From a virus, in the IMG/VR virus record IMGVR_UViG_3300023174_000087, positions 1 through 64,000 of that record: a stretch of 64,000 nucleotides of DNA, one strand, 5' to 3'. Below, one piece after another: positions 1 through 8,785 of this stretch. Below the pieces are notes generated by a model, which saw only the letters and a program-made list of their open reading frames with translations, was not told the origin of the DNA and searched no databases. The position numbers were made by a program, and so were the translations under genes. Within the stretch, counting starts at the first letter, position 1. The number at the start of each line of letters is the position of its first letter.

Positions 1-70
1 TGCTCTTCAATATCTAATTCAAGGTTAACATACTTAACCCATGGTTTGCGTAATGTATATGGTCCTATTT

Positions 71-304
71 TCATATATCCATCATAGCACTAAGACCCTT
101 AGTTACGCAAGTCTCAATGCTATCTCCGTACCTATGATTAAACATTTGACCAGTCTCCCAAGGAAAGTCATCTTCTACAATTAGATAAGTATTGATTGAT
201 TCCTGGTCTGTACCACCTGAAACTCTCCCAATGTGATAGGTTTTAATTAGTTTATCATTAACATAAATAGGAACATGAATAGGCACTAATAACCCCCAAG
301 ACAC
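71..304 (-). CDS. hypothetical phage protein
   Basis: 77-aa ORF in a tightly packed leftward gene run; no recognisable motif. Confidence 0.6.
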   Translation of the reverse strand: MSWGLLVPIHVPIYVNDKLIKTYHIGRVSGGTDQESINTYLIVEDDFPWETGQMFNHRYGDSIETCVTKGLSAMMDI

Positions 305-492
305 TCGTTGCGTGTGTGAAATAATCTAATCTTTGTCATAATTTTGCGGGACGGAGCATAAAGATCTTCCCTACAGGTAGCACACTTATAAGACCATTCA
401 CCAGCAAACCAGTCATGAACATAGCCTTTAGCATTAGAGTATTTTTTGGCTACAAAAGTTTGGAATGGATCAGGGATTTCCATATTAATCAT
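286..492 (-). CDS. small CxxC-containing (possible zinc-binding) protein
   Basis: CATC plus C-terminal H/C residues; overlaps neighbours as in an operon. Confidence 0.6.
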   Translation of the reverse strand: MINMEIPDPFQTFVAKKYSNAKGYVHDWFAGEWSYKCATCREDLYAPSRKIMTKIRLFHTRNECLGGY

Positions 493-638
493 AGTTTGGC
501 TACAAACTTAGAAGCCATCTTCAAACCCTTAACCAATCCATCATGGTAGTCTTGATTCTTGATAACACGAGCAGTATCCCAAATACGATAGGATTCTTTG
601 TTTAATAACTCTGCTATTTCTTCATTAGTCATATATTA

Positions 639-667
639 AGTATAGCAAAATCTGCGGGGGAAGTCAA
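639..667 (-). promoter_or_regulatory. sigma70/SigA-type promoter driving a leaderless small ORF
   Basis: minus strand TTGACT-17-TATACT, with ATG 6 nt after the -10. Confidence 0.7.
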
Positions 668-846
668 GAATGACCCAATTACCCCTATAGTAACTACGCT
701 GTAAGACAAACTACTTTAGTAATAGTCATATGTGGTTCTTCTCTTAGTGCCATAGCCTTGGCTTCTTCTTCAGTTGAGGCAAACATTTCTAAATCCAGTG
801 ATCGGTCATAATCTAATAGTGATATTTTATATATGTTCATAATCTA

Positions 847-875
847 ATTATAGAATGGTTTGCATGGTTTGTCAA
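847..875 (-). promoter_or_regulatory. consensus sigma70/SigA promoter, leaderless ORF starting at 840
   Basis: minus strand TTGACA-17-TATAAT-TAGATT-ATG. Confidence 0.8.
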
Positions 876-880
876 TATTG

Positions 881-951
881 CTTCAGGTGAAGGAATCGGA
901 CCTTCATTATCAGTTTCGGAAACTGCTCTACGGCCACTATAGTAACCTGAA
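881..951 (-). tRNA. tRNA-Arg(CCG), divergent
   Basis: acceptor TTCAGGT/ACCTGAA, anticodon loop TTCCGAA, T-arm GAAGG-TCCGATT-CCTTC; non-canonical T-loop, one anticodon-stem mismatch, no encoded CCA. Confidence 0.7.
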
Positions 952-995
952 TTAACTTTCAGTATAGCACTGATATAGGTTCCGTGCAAAAAAAG

Positions 996-1800
996 TTATC
1001 CACAGGTTTTATATCCTTAAAATGTTAGTTATACACAGGTTTATCCACAGATAAATGTTACTGATTATGTTGTTTGACATTCTAGAAGTGGAGTATTGTG
1101 GAGGATAGTGGAGTACTGAGCATTTTCATGAAGGGCGTCGTAATCCCAACGGGCCAAACCCCATATCCAAACATCTTATACCATATATCCAAACCTTTGT
1201 CAAACCTTATATCTCATATGCCCGATAGCGGATTATATACCAAACATTAGTGTTTGTCAAGTTCAAATTGATACAATTTGATGTGACAATTTTCTACGAA
1301 TTTGTCGATAAATAAAAGAAAACCCTTATAAAAATATATAAAGGTTTGATAATGTTTTATAAATCAGGAAAAAGTTATTGTCTTCGTAATACTATGTTTA
1401 TCTATAGAGGTTTGAGTGATTTACTTTTTGATCCCCGCCTGCAGCGGGATCTTCGATAGGATTATTAGACATGGCCACGGCAGGGGATTCAGTAAAATAC
1501 TTACCCAAACCTATAGCAACAGTAAAGGAAGTAAAAGCATTAGCCAAATCCTGATCTTGTTGTCTTGCCATTTTAGGATTAAGCATTCTTGAAAAATGTC
1601 TTGGGCTCATACATTTATTATACACCTATTTGACAAACAAAGGTTTGTATGATATAAGGTTTGACAAAACAATGTTTGTCTGGTATGGGGAAAAGAATTT
1701 GTCTTTCGTAATCTTTATTTGAGAAAATTGTTTGTCCATGATTGGGGAAAAGGATTTGATCTTCGTAATCTTGTTTGGATATAATGTTTGACATGTCCGA
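996..1800. other. candidate replication origin: three DnaA boxes, iteron-like repeats and an AT-rich tract
   Basis: TTATCCACA 996 and 1041, TTATACACA 1029; 18-bp inverted repeat 1196-1213/1651-1668; clustered GTTTG cores; AT-rich 1260-1400. Confidence 0.4.
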
Positions 1801-1859
1801 TATGTCCGAATTCACGTCCCACACCCCCAGGCTTTTGTCAAGCCCAGGGGAATGTAAAA

Positions 1860-2162
1860 CTATTCTGTTTCTTCTGTGTTCTGTTTCTTATTATAAGCAA
1901 AAATCAAAATTGCACTAAGGTTTACTTCAGGCAAAACATCAATCTCTTGCTCTGATATATTTAACAACTGTAAAAACATCTTGAAGGTTTCTTCTAGCAT
2001 TTCCTCACCAACAGGAGATAACTCACTAATTAGTCCTTCTGCTACCATATATGCTAATGGACAACCTAGGTCGTTATATTCCATAAATGCCGTGAAATCT
2101 TCGTCATTACGAAACTCAATCCATAACTGACCAATAATGCCAGCCTTGTTTGCTAATTCCAT
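1860..2162 (-). CDS. hypothetical acidic phage protein
   Basis: 100-aa ORF, translationally coupled to the upstream gene. Confidence 0.7.
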   Translation of the reverse strand: MELANKAGIIGQLWIEFRNDEDFTAFMEYNDLGCPLAYMVAEGLISELSPVGEEMLEETFKMFLQLLNISEQEIDVLPEVNLSAILIFAYNKKQNTEETE

Positions 2163-2383
2163 TACTTCCCCTTTATCTCTTCCATAAGTTTATCATACTC
2201 TTCTTGTGCGGTCAAGGCTAAAACATCAAACCTGTGAAATACAATCAGAGGTAGATTTCTAACTAAATAATAACCAACTCGTTCCAAGTCAATAGAAAAA
2301 TCTTCCGTGAGGAGTTTTGCTAATTGCTCTGCTTTCTTAGACTCTTTTGTTTGGGTTGCCGTTCGTCTTACTGAATAAGCCAT
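2162..2383 (-). CDS. hypothetical phage protein
   Basis: 73-aa ORF with GAGGAG RBS and TGGTACAAT upstream. Confidence 0.7.
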   Translation of the reverse strand: MAYSVRRTATQTKESKKAEQLAKLLTEDFSIDLERVGYYLVRNLPLIVFHRFDVLALTAQEEYDKLMEEIKGK

Positions 2384-2411
2384 TGGATACTCCTCTCATC
2401 TCCATTGTACC

Positions 2412-2458
2412 AAAAAAGTAGGGGGAACGCAAGCCTACGAAAACTTGCGTCCCACCCT
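2412..2458 (-). terminator. intrinsic terminator
   Basis: minus strand GGGACGCAAG...CTTGCGTTCCCC stem followed by a T-run, after ORF 2481-2846. Confidence 0.65.
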
Positions 2459-2480
2459 GTTAATCTAAGGGACCCACTCC

Positions 2481-2846
2481 CTAGATCTGCTCAACTAAAA
2501 CTTTTGGTGCATATGCATTAATAAAATCTGGCCATGTAACAACATTTCCATTGTCATCAATGATAGTTTCTTTAGCAATATCGATAACTACCGTCGTATC
2601 TCCTAGGTCGTATACAGTGCCAGTTATGGCATAAATTCCAAATCCTGTTTCATCCAAAATAGAATCTTGCATAAGATAACTAATCATCATACGGTTAAAG
2701 TATGCGTAGTCACTCCATCTAGGCTTTGAATGCTCCAGGGCCATTGCTAGGTCCCGCTGCCATTCAGTCTCACCCCAATGGCTATAAAGCACTACAGAGG
2801 CCTCGTCTTCAACATCCTTGAATACGTAGTGGATCCGTGCTCCCAT
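2481..2846 (-). CDS. conserved-type hypothetical phage protein (LYxHW motif)
   Basis: MGAR...VVLYSHWG N-terminus, a pattern common in phage early proteins. Confidence 0.7.
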   Translation of the reverse strand: MGARIHYVFKDVEDEASVVLYSHWGETEWQRDLAMALEHSKPRWSDYAYFNRMMISYLMQDSILDETGFGIYAITGTVYDLGDTTVVIDIAKETIIDDNGNVVTWPDFINAYAPKVLVEQI

Positions 2847-3031
2847 TACGATAACTCCTCTTCCTCTTCAATATCTGTGATTTCTAGCGGGTACCAATCA
2901 TAGGCGTATTCCTCAACATCTTCAGTTAATTCAATACGGTTAACTTCAGCAATTGCCTCTTCTTCAGATTCAGCCTCAAAGTTAAACTCATAGATAGTTT
3001 CTCTTTTAGCAATTATTGTATAGAGTGGCAT
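2846..3031 (-). CDS. small acidic protein (beta-beta-'EAxSEEEA' type)
   Basis: ORF coupled to neighbours; motif shared with other small ORFs in this region. Confidence 0.65.
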   Translation of the reverse strand: MPLYTIIAKRETIYEFNFEAESEEEAIAEVNRIELTEDVEEYAYDWYPLEITDIEEEEELS

Positions 3032-3489
3032 TATAACTGCACCACCTTTTCTCCAAAAGAATGAAATACATACTCATCCTCATCTTGCTCTACTTCATTT
3101 GTTGGGTTATCATTCATTAGGGTCTCCTCGCATTTGTGGGTTAGTTCTTCATCAAGTATATCACCGCAGTCATCACAAGTCAAATCAGGCTCTCCAACCA
3201 TAACCTGAATGTCTGTGTCAGATGGGCAGGGCACTTCAGTAATAAAGTATCCTAATCTATTTACAAATCCCCAGCCATTCCAAACATATGTGCCACCATC
3301 ATCACCTTGTCCATACATCCAGATTTTATCGGGGGATTGTGATTTAACAAACTCTACCTCATCACCATATGTCTCAAACATAATGCCGCCCTCCCCATTA
3401 TCAAATGAGGCATGTTCGTCTATATGATTAATGATTGGCTTGTATACTTCACACCATGTATCAAAATCCATTTCAATAAAGTTATTCAC
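3031..3489 (-). CDS. hypothetical acidic protein with CxxC
   Basis: 152-aa ORF containing GWGFVNRLGYFITE and CDDC. Confidence 0.7.
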   Translation of the reverse strand: MNNFIEMDFDTWCEVYKPIINHIDEHASFDNGEGGIMFETYGDEVEFVKSQSPDKIWMYGQGDDGGTYVWNGWGFVNRLGYFITEVPCPSDTDIQVMVGEPDLTCDDCGDILDEELTHKCEETLMNDNPTNEVEQDEDEYVFHSFGEKVVQL

Positions 3490-3766
3490 CTAGAATCTCC
3501 TTGCGGTTCTTGATATCTTCCTTGGCAAAAGCGATAGCATAAGTTAAGGCATATACCTCAGACAATGCGTCAAGATAACCTGAAGCCTCAGTACGAGCCA
3601 TAGAGTCCATTGCTTCTTCTGAGTACTCCTCTGCCTCAATGCACAGGTCTAACTGTTGTTCAGCCTCATACATAAGAGTTTTAAGATGTCCGTGCAGGAT
3701 ATCTGCTCCGTCCATACCCATTTCTACCTGTTTCATTAGATATGGGTCTAGTGTCATGTTATCCAT
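3482..3766 (-). CDS. hypothetical helical protein
   Basis: 94-aa ORF in an operon-like run. Confidence 0.65.
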   Translation of the reverse strand: MDNMTLDPYLMKQVEMGMDGADILHGHLKTLMYEAEQQLDLCIEAEEYSEEAMDSMARTEASGYLDALSEVYALTYAIAFAKEDIKNRKEILGE

Positions 3767-3911
3767 TAAGAACCTCGATTAGATGTTTAGTAGCATAGAT
3801 TTGTCCCTCTATATCTACCACATGGATAGAAGCAGGGTTTTCTTCAAGGTCTTGTTCAAGACTTATTAGGTGTAGGTTTATATATTCTTTGAATGTGTTT
3901 AGGTCCATATA

Positions 3912-4127
3912 TTAATTATAGGGGTTGGTATTGATTTTGACAACTTGTGTAGGTGTGACCTTGCTCACATCAGTAATGATAGGGGCATTGCCATCTGACA
4001 CTCCTATATTAATAAGATTAGCAGATCCACAAGAGCACCATCCTCGCCACTCTCTGATATCTACAGGGGTAGTGATTTCCATAAGGGCATCACAATCAGT
4101 ACAAAGATAATCATACTTAGTCCACAT
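3912..4127 (-). CDS. zinc-ribbon protein (FmdB-like pattern)
   Basis: YDYLCTDC...CSCGS. Confidence 0.6.
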   Translation of the reverse strand: MWTKYDYLCTDCDALMEITTPVDIREWRGWCSCGSANLINIGVSDGNAPIITDVSKVTPTQVVKINTNPYN

Positions 4128-4570
4128 TAGTCAAAATACCCTTCTGCCCATAGTCCTTGTAAGAAACTAGATACTTCATCTAGCCCCTTAGCAATACCTG
4201 AATTACCCAATTGCTCAGAAGCAATGTTTACATTAGCAATCATCATGTTTAAATCAGATAGTTCATAGCCTAGCATTATCCTACCTCAATTCCTGCATAT
4301 TTAGCAATAGTGTTTAGTGTAATATGGATATGGCAGTCACAATCTGTTCCCCCCATATTTTCTTCAAACTCAAGGTGAGAGAAGTTGCTTTCATATATTT
4401 CATTGATTAGATCATTTATAGTATTTATTGTTTGGGTCATGTATTAATTATCGCATGAACTGGGGAAAAAAGCAAGCCTTCATAAAGTTATCCACAAGAA
4501 ATGTCATGTGATTTACATCACAGGTGACGTCCCGCATTTTTATGCACTGCATTGCATATTTATTTACTTG

Positions 4571-4644
4571 CGATCCGTACGGGACTTGAACCCGTGACCT
4601 CTACCGTGACAGGGTAGCGAACTAACCAACTATTCTAACGGACC
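4571..4644 (-). tRNA. tRNA-Asp(GTC)
   Basis: canonical cloverleaf: GGTCCGT/ACGGATC acceptor, CTACC-CTGTCAC-GGTAG anticodon arm, GGTTCAAGTCC T-arm; CCA not encoded. Confidence 0.95.
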
Positions 4645-4647
4645 ATG

Positions 4648-4675
4648 TGAGCAGTTTTTATTCATGCTCAGGAAT
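4648..4675 (-). ncRNA. repeated pseudoknot-like RNA motif, copy 1
   Basis: ATTC-CTGAGCAT-GAAT-AAAAAC-TGCTCA. Confidence 0.6.
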
Positions 4676-4691
4676 CTTTATTCAGTTGTTA

Positions 4692-5714
4692 TTATGCGAG
4701 AGACATTACGCCTTGCACAACTTTTAGTAAGCGATTTTTTTCTGCGTTGATAGCAGGGTCAAATCCACTCGCACTTGCAAGAATAGACTCGTTAGAACCA
4801 CCACGAGCAGAACGATACCAGTCAAGGCGCTCAGTTAGTGCATTGAACGCACCCCAAGCATTGCCAGCAATCATTCCATTGAATTCACCAGTGTAAATAT
4901 CATTGATTACATCAACTTTATTTTCCCACTTTTTGAAAGCACCCTTAGCATCTTTTTCTGGCTTAGGATAAGCAGCAAGAATGATTTTGTTGAAATCAAT
5001 CGCATTGACTTCTTTTTCAATCATTGCCTTAGCCATAGTATCAAATTCGTCCATGTAAGCATTAGCAAGACCAAGAGTCTCACGAGCAATTTGCACCTTG
5101 CCATTAGCAGTTTGTGTATGACGAATTTTGAATGATTGCTTGATGCCCTTGTTCTTCTTGCGACCAACGCCACCAAGAGCAAGGTTTAGAGTATTAGCGC
5201 ACACAACACGAACGGGTGTTATGCTTGCTTGAATAGCGATTGAGCCATCGTGTGATGTATTGATGAGCAAATAAGTTTTTACCTTATCAGATACACCATT
5301 AGGGTCAAGAATTGTTTCACGCTCAAGAGCAAGAGCGCCAAATACTACACGCCCACCCTTGATTGAGCCAGCAGTCTCCCAACGACCTCCGCCGTCTAGG
5401 ATATTATCACCAAATGAAAATAAATCTTCATTCTGCAATACATGGTAGCGCTCACCAACTACGCCAAGAATATCGGTTTGTGTATTGTCGGTAGGGTTTG
5501 TTCGCAATACATATTGATAGTTTTTGTCGCTTGTTAGATGTGATGGGGTTTCCAAATCTTCAAGACGAACATTCCAACCATTGAGACTTGCAGCCTCTAA
5601 CATTTCTGCGGTTGTTTTTTCTTCTGTGAATACGGTTCCCAATCCATGCCAAGCAGGTTCACGGAAAGATGCAAAAGATGTTTTTCCGTTTTGTATTTCT
5701 AGGTCATGTGCCAT
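4692..5714 (-). CDS. DUF932 / TIGR03299-type phage-plasmid protein
   Basis: MAH...PAWHGLG, LGVVGERY..LQN, ETAGSIKGGRVVF, LLINTSHDGS, TPVRVVCANTL, IRHT motifs. Confidence 0.85.
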   Translation of the reverse strand: MAHDLEIQNGKTSFASFREPAWHGLGTVFTEEKTTAEMLEAASLNGWNVRLEDLETPSHLTSDKNYQYVLRTNPTDNTQTDILGVVGERYHVLQNEDLFSFGDNILDGGGRWETAGSIKGGRVVFGALALERETILDPNGVSDKVKTYLLINTSHDGSIAIQASITPVRVVCANTLNLALGGVGRKKNKGIKQSFKIRHTQTANGKVQIARETLGLANAYMDEFDTMAKAMIEKEVNAIDFNKIILAAYPKPEKDAKGAFKKWENKVDVINDIYTGEFNGMIAGNAWGAFNALTERLDWYRSARGGSNESILASASGFDPAINAEKNRLLKVVQGVMSLA

Positions 5715-5897
5715 GAGTTATTTTTTCCTTTTCTGTTTGTTGATATAGATAACTATACACTACCCAGCCGACAAATGCAAATCGGTATAGTTAAACATGG
5801 TATAAATTGGACATTTTGATCATGTGACTAAAATAACATTCGTAAACACGGCGTGTCAATTTGACAAAGTTATCCACAGGCGGGACGTCAAAATTTT

Positions 5898-5926
5898 TGA
5901 GCCTTTTTAATTCATGCTCAGGAATT
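5898..5926 (-). ncRNA. repeated pseudoknot-like RNA motif, copy 2
   Basis: AATTC-CTGAGCAT-GAATT-AAAAAG-GCTCA. Confidence 0.55.
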
Positions 5927-5982
5927 TTCACTACCATGTATATGGAACCAATATCCATATGTATGGTTCTTGTGAAATATAT

Positions 5983-6012
5983 TAAGCAGTTTACGTAGAC
6001 ATGCTCAGGTCC
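5983..6012 (-). ncRNA. repeated pseudoknot-like RNA motif, copy 3
   Basis: GGAC-CTGAGCAT-GTCT-ACGTAAAC-TGCTTA. Confidence 0.55.
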
Positions 6013-6030
6013 TTTATTAGTAGCCCCCTA

Positions 6031-6450
6031 CTAAATATCTACTCTGTCAACACTGGATGACAAGTAAGTTACACCTTGCGGTTCTGATACTGAATCAAAA
6101 TCAATATCATGAATTAAATTAATTGCTGATTCTTCATCTCTTGCATTAACTGTAATTGAATACATGACTGTAACTTCAACTTCGAATTCTTTTGTTAATT
6201 CAAAGCCCATAATTTCAGCAATTTCTTCTGCTTCTGTTTCATTAATTGAACCATGCTCAAGTGCATTGAGGGTCCATTCTTGCATTGATTCAACCATACG
6301 GTTTTTGTCTGCAGAATCTGCATATGAGCGCTGGGTTACCTTTTGAATGTGCTCTTCTAGTTCTGCAACACGCAATGTTGTTTTGGCTAAAGAATCACGA
6401 AGAAAGTCTTCTGTTGCATTTATAATTGTTGGGTATGTCTCTTGGTCCAT
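6031..6450 (-). CDS. hypothetical acidic protein
   Basis: 139-aa ORF with AGAAAGAGG RBS and its own promoter. Confidence 0.75.
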   Translation of the reverse strand: MDQETYPTIINATEDFLRDSLAKTTLRVAELEEHIQKVTQRSYADSADKNRMVESMQEWTLNALEHGSINETEAEEIAEIMGFELTKEFEVEVTVMYSITVNARDEESAINLIHDIDFDSVSEPQGVTYLSSSVDRVDI

Positions 6451-6565
6451 GGGGGCCTCTTTCTGTTAGTTGTAATATATTCAATTGTACTGTTGGGCAC
6501 TGACAAATAGGGCCATACCCCTAGGGGATCCTTGCTAACCATAGCGTCAAACGCAAGGGGTAAGG

Positions 6566-6594
6566 CTGAGCAGTTTAGCGACATACTCAGGTCG
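6566..6594 (-). ncRNA. repeated pseudoknot-like RNA motif, copy 4
   Basis: CGAC-CTGAGTAT-GTCG-CTAAAC-TGCTCAG. Confidence 0.6.
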
Positions 6595-6627
6595 TTTTAG
6601 GAGAGGCTCTGAACCCCTTACCCTAAA

Positions 6628-7050
6628 TTATAGGTAGCGAGCCACCGCATTGTATGTAGAAGTATTTACAACTTCCTCATCTGTCATTTTGAGAATACGA
6701 ATTGCGTTAGTCATTTCGTCTTTCATCTCACGATAAGTGTGAGAGTGAATTACCTCAAAATCTTTTTCAGGTTCTGTTGGGAAGTTTCCTTCTTTTACTG
6801 TAATGTCAAAATCAACATTGAGGTTATTGTTCCAAGAGCGATAGTTTGTTCGTAGGTTTTCAGCCTTTGAGAAGTTAGCAATAGCCCACTCACCAATTTG
6901 CTTTTTCCAAGCCTCATAAGTAAGTTTGTATTGTGCTTCTTTTGCTTCTTGTGTTGCGTAGTCCATCTCTAACTTTGCTAGTGATGTTTCTAGTCCTGCG
7001 ATTACTCGTTGAGTAGGGATTTTTACTGAGATTGCTTTGCCTCTTGCCAT
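6628..7050 (-). CDS. hypothetical phage protein
   Basis: 140-aa ORF with purine-rich RBS. Confidence 0.75.
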   Translation of the reverse strand: MARGKAISVKIPTQRVIAGLETSLAKLEMDYATQEAKEAQYKLTYEAWKKQIGEWAIANFSKAENLRTNYRSWNNNLNVDFDITVKEGNFPTEPEKDFEVIHSHTYREMKDEMTNAIRILKMTDEEVVNTSTYNAVARYL

Positions 7051-7097
7051 TTGTATTTCTCTTTTCTGTTTGTGGGTTATTTTTTAGGGGGTTTGTT

Positions 7098-7125
7098 TGA
7101 GCAGTTTTACATCTTGCTCAGGATA
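7098..7125 (-). ncRNA. repeated pseudoknot-like RNA motif, copy 5
   Basis: TATC-CTGAGCAA-GATG-TAAAAC-TGCTCA. Confidence 0.6.
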
Positions 7126-7141
7126 GTTTCTCAGGTGAGAA

Positions 7142-7306
7142 TTACTTAGATGTCCAAGTTGTGTAACGAATTGTTCCATCAACATTGAGTTTTACACGAA
7201 CATTTCCATTTGCTTGTGGAGTGATTTCCTGAATTGTTCCTGTAACCTTTGACTTCTGTGTTGTGTAGAGGTCGCCTACCTTGTATGTGTTTGTTGCTAC
7301 TGACAT
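7142..7306 (-). CDS. small SH3/KOW-like beta protein (longer in-frame start at 7420 also possible)
   Basis: AAGGAG RBS before ATG 7306; YKVGD...GTIQEI...VRVKL pattern. Confidence 0.6.
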   Translation of the reverse strand: MSVATNTYKVGDLYTTQKSKVTGTIQEITPQANGNVRVKLNVDGTIRYTTWTSK

Positions 7307-7640
7307 TTTTGTTTCTCCTTTTGTTTGGTTGATAATCCAAGTATAACATTTCCTACTGACATTTCGCAAGTCAGCCAAGAAAAATCTCACATCTTGGACT
7401 ACGGGGGTTGTTTTGTTCATAACTTAATAATAGCAAATAAATGTCATAAATACAAATCATAAATAGGATAAATCGGACATTGCTATGTGAGAAACATCAC
7501 AAAAAATATGCGTGTCGTAACTTGACAAATGGGGGTCGGCGGGACGTCCCAAAATTCCAGGGGATCTGCTAGGACCCACTAGAACCAAGGAGTGCACTCA
7601 GAGTTATAGTTACAATAAATAACCAAAATAAAATATTCAT

Positions 7641-8375
7641 TTATTTTTTACTTGCGCTAAATATAACATCACTCTTAGAGTATACACACAATGAACAAGA
7701 AACGCAAGCGCTACCGTTATTTGAAATAAGTGGAATTTGTTTATTATTCTCAGGACACTTAGCAGCAGGGCGCCCGATCATTTCTTTCATATCTGCTTGA
7801 CCAATAGCAAAGTTTTTAGCAAGGTATGCAAGGCGCACACCAGAATTAATCTTTAGGTCAACGCCTACCTTTACATTCTCGCTATCAGTACTAAAGTAAA
7901 GAGACAGGTTATCAATATCTTTTAGCATAAGGGCTGCAGATTGTACACGAGTGTATACCCAAAATTGAATATCAGTATTGTTTAGGATGACATTCTTCCA
8001 GGCCTGCGTATACGTATCGTTGAAGAAATCTCCGTCCCAGTGGATACGAAATAGCATAGGGGCGTCTTTCTTGATACAGTCTGCCTTGAAATCATTTATC
8101 ATATCAGTAAGCAGGTCCTGCATAGTATCTTGATCAGCGTCTTTTAGTAATTCCCAATTATGTAATAGGTTAGCCTTTACACCCTTGAAGAGTTTTTCGA
8201 GTTTACCTGCATAGCAGACACTCTCGCAAACAGTCGTTGCGCCAGGGCAAGAATAAGCCTTTCCTGCAGGGAGACCGAATGTGTTAGCAATTGCGGCTTG
8301 CTTTCCATTTTTTGTGACAAGGTTAGCCACCTTTCTATCATTAGAGCGTTTTAGTGTAAGTGTATTAGTAGTCAA
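7641..8375 (-). CDS. GP88-like Cys-rich (radical-SAM-like) phage protein
   Basis: FGLPAG..SCPGAT.VCESVCYA, FRIHWDGDF, FWVYTR, CP...C..C.LC. Confidence 0.7.
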   Translation of the reverse strand: MTTNTLTLKRSNDRKVANLVTKNGKQAAIANTFGLPAGKAYSCPGATTVCESVCYAGKLEKLFKGVKANLLHNWELLKDADQDTMQDLLTDMINDFKADCIKKDAPMLFRIHWDGDFFNDTYTQAWKNVILNNTDIQFWVYTRVQSAALMLKDIDNLSLYFSTDSENVKVGVDLKINSGVRLAYLAKNFAIGQADMKEMIGRPAAKCPENNKQIPLISNNGSACVSCSLCVYSKSDVIFSASKK

Positions 8376-8785
8376 GACCTAGACTCATTTCTAGAGCAAT
8401 GTCTTCATTATATGTAACGGACATTTCTTCTAGTAAGCAATGAGTGCATTTTTCTTCATATTCATCTACCGCATTTTCTTTGCATGACGGACAGACAGTT
8501 GCGTAGTATTCATCTAACATTTCATCGTTTTCGTAGGTCATGGGCTATTCTCCTTTTTGTTGATATTTATATTGTAACAGTTCAGACTGACATTTCTTTC
8601 GATTGTAAGCCTTTTTAGATTGGACAGCAGAGGCTGCATTAGAACGGCGAAGTTCCATAAGCCTGCGTAATTCCTCAGATGTCTTTTTCATATAACAATA
8701 CTAACACACATAAAGTAAAAATGTCAAATCTTATTTATGTGATAAATCTCACATGCGGGACGTCCCATTTTTTGAAAGTATTTAG

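Noticed and set aside
1398-1824. ORFs 1398-1625 and 1618-1824 as confident genes
   Set aside because: The peptide repeat in 1618-1824 mirrors the DNA repeat of the candidate origin and start signals are weak; left uncalled, though 1398-1625 could be real
4648-7125. Repeated motif as a hammerhead ribozyme or simple terminator
   Set aside because: CUGAGCA lacks the CUGAnGA...GAAA three-stem core, and there is no U-tract on the transcribed strand
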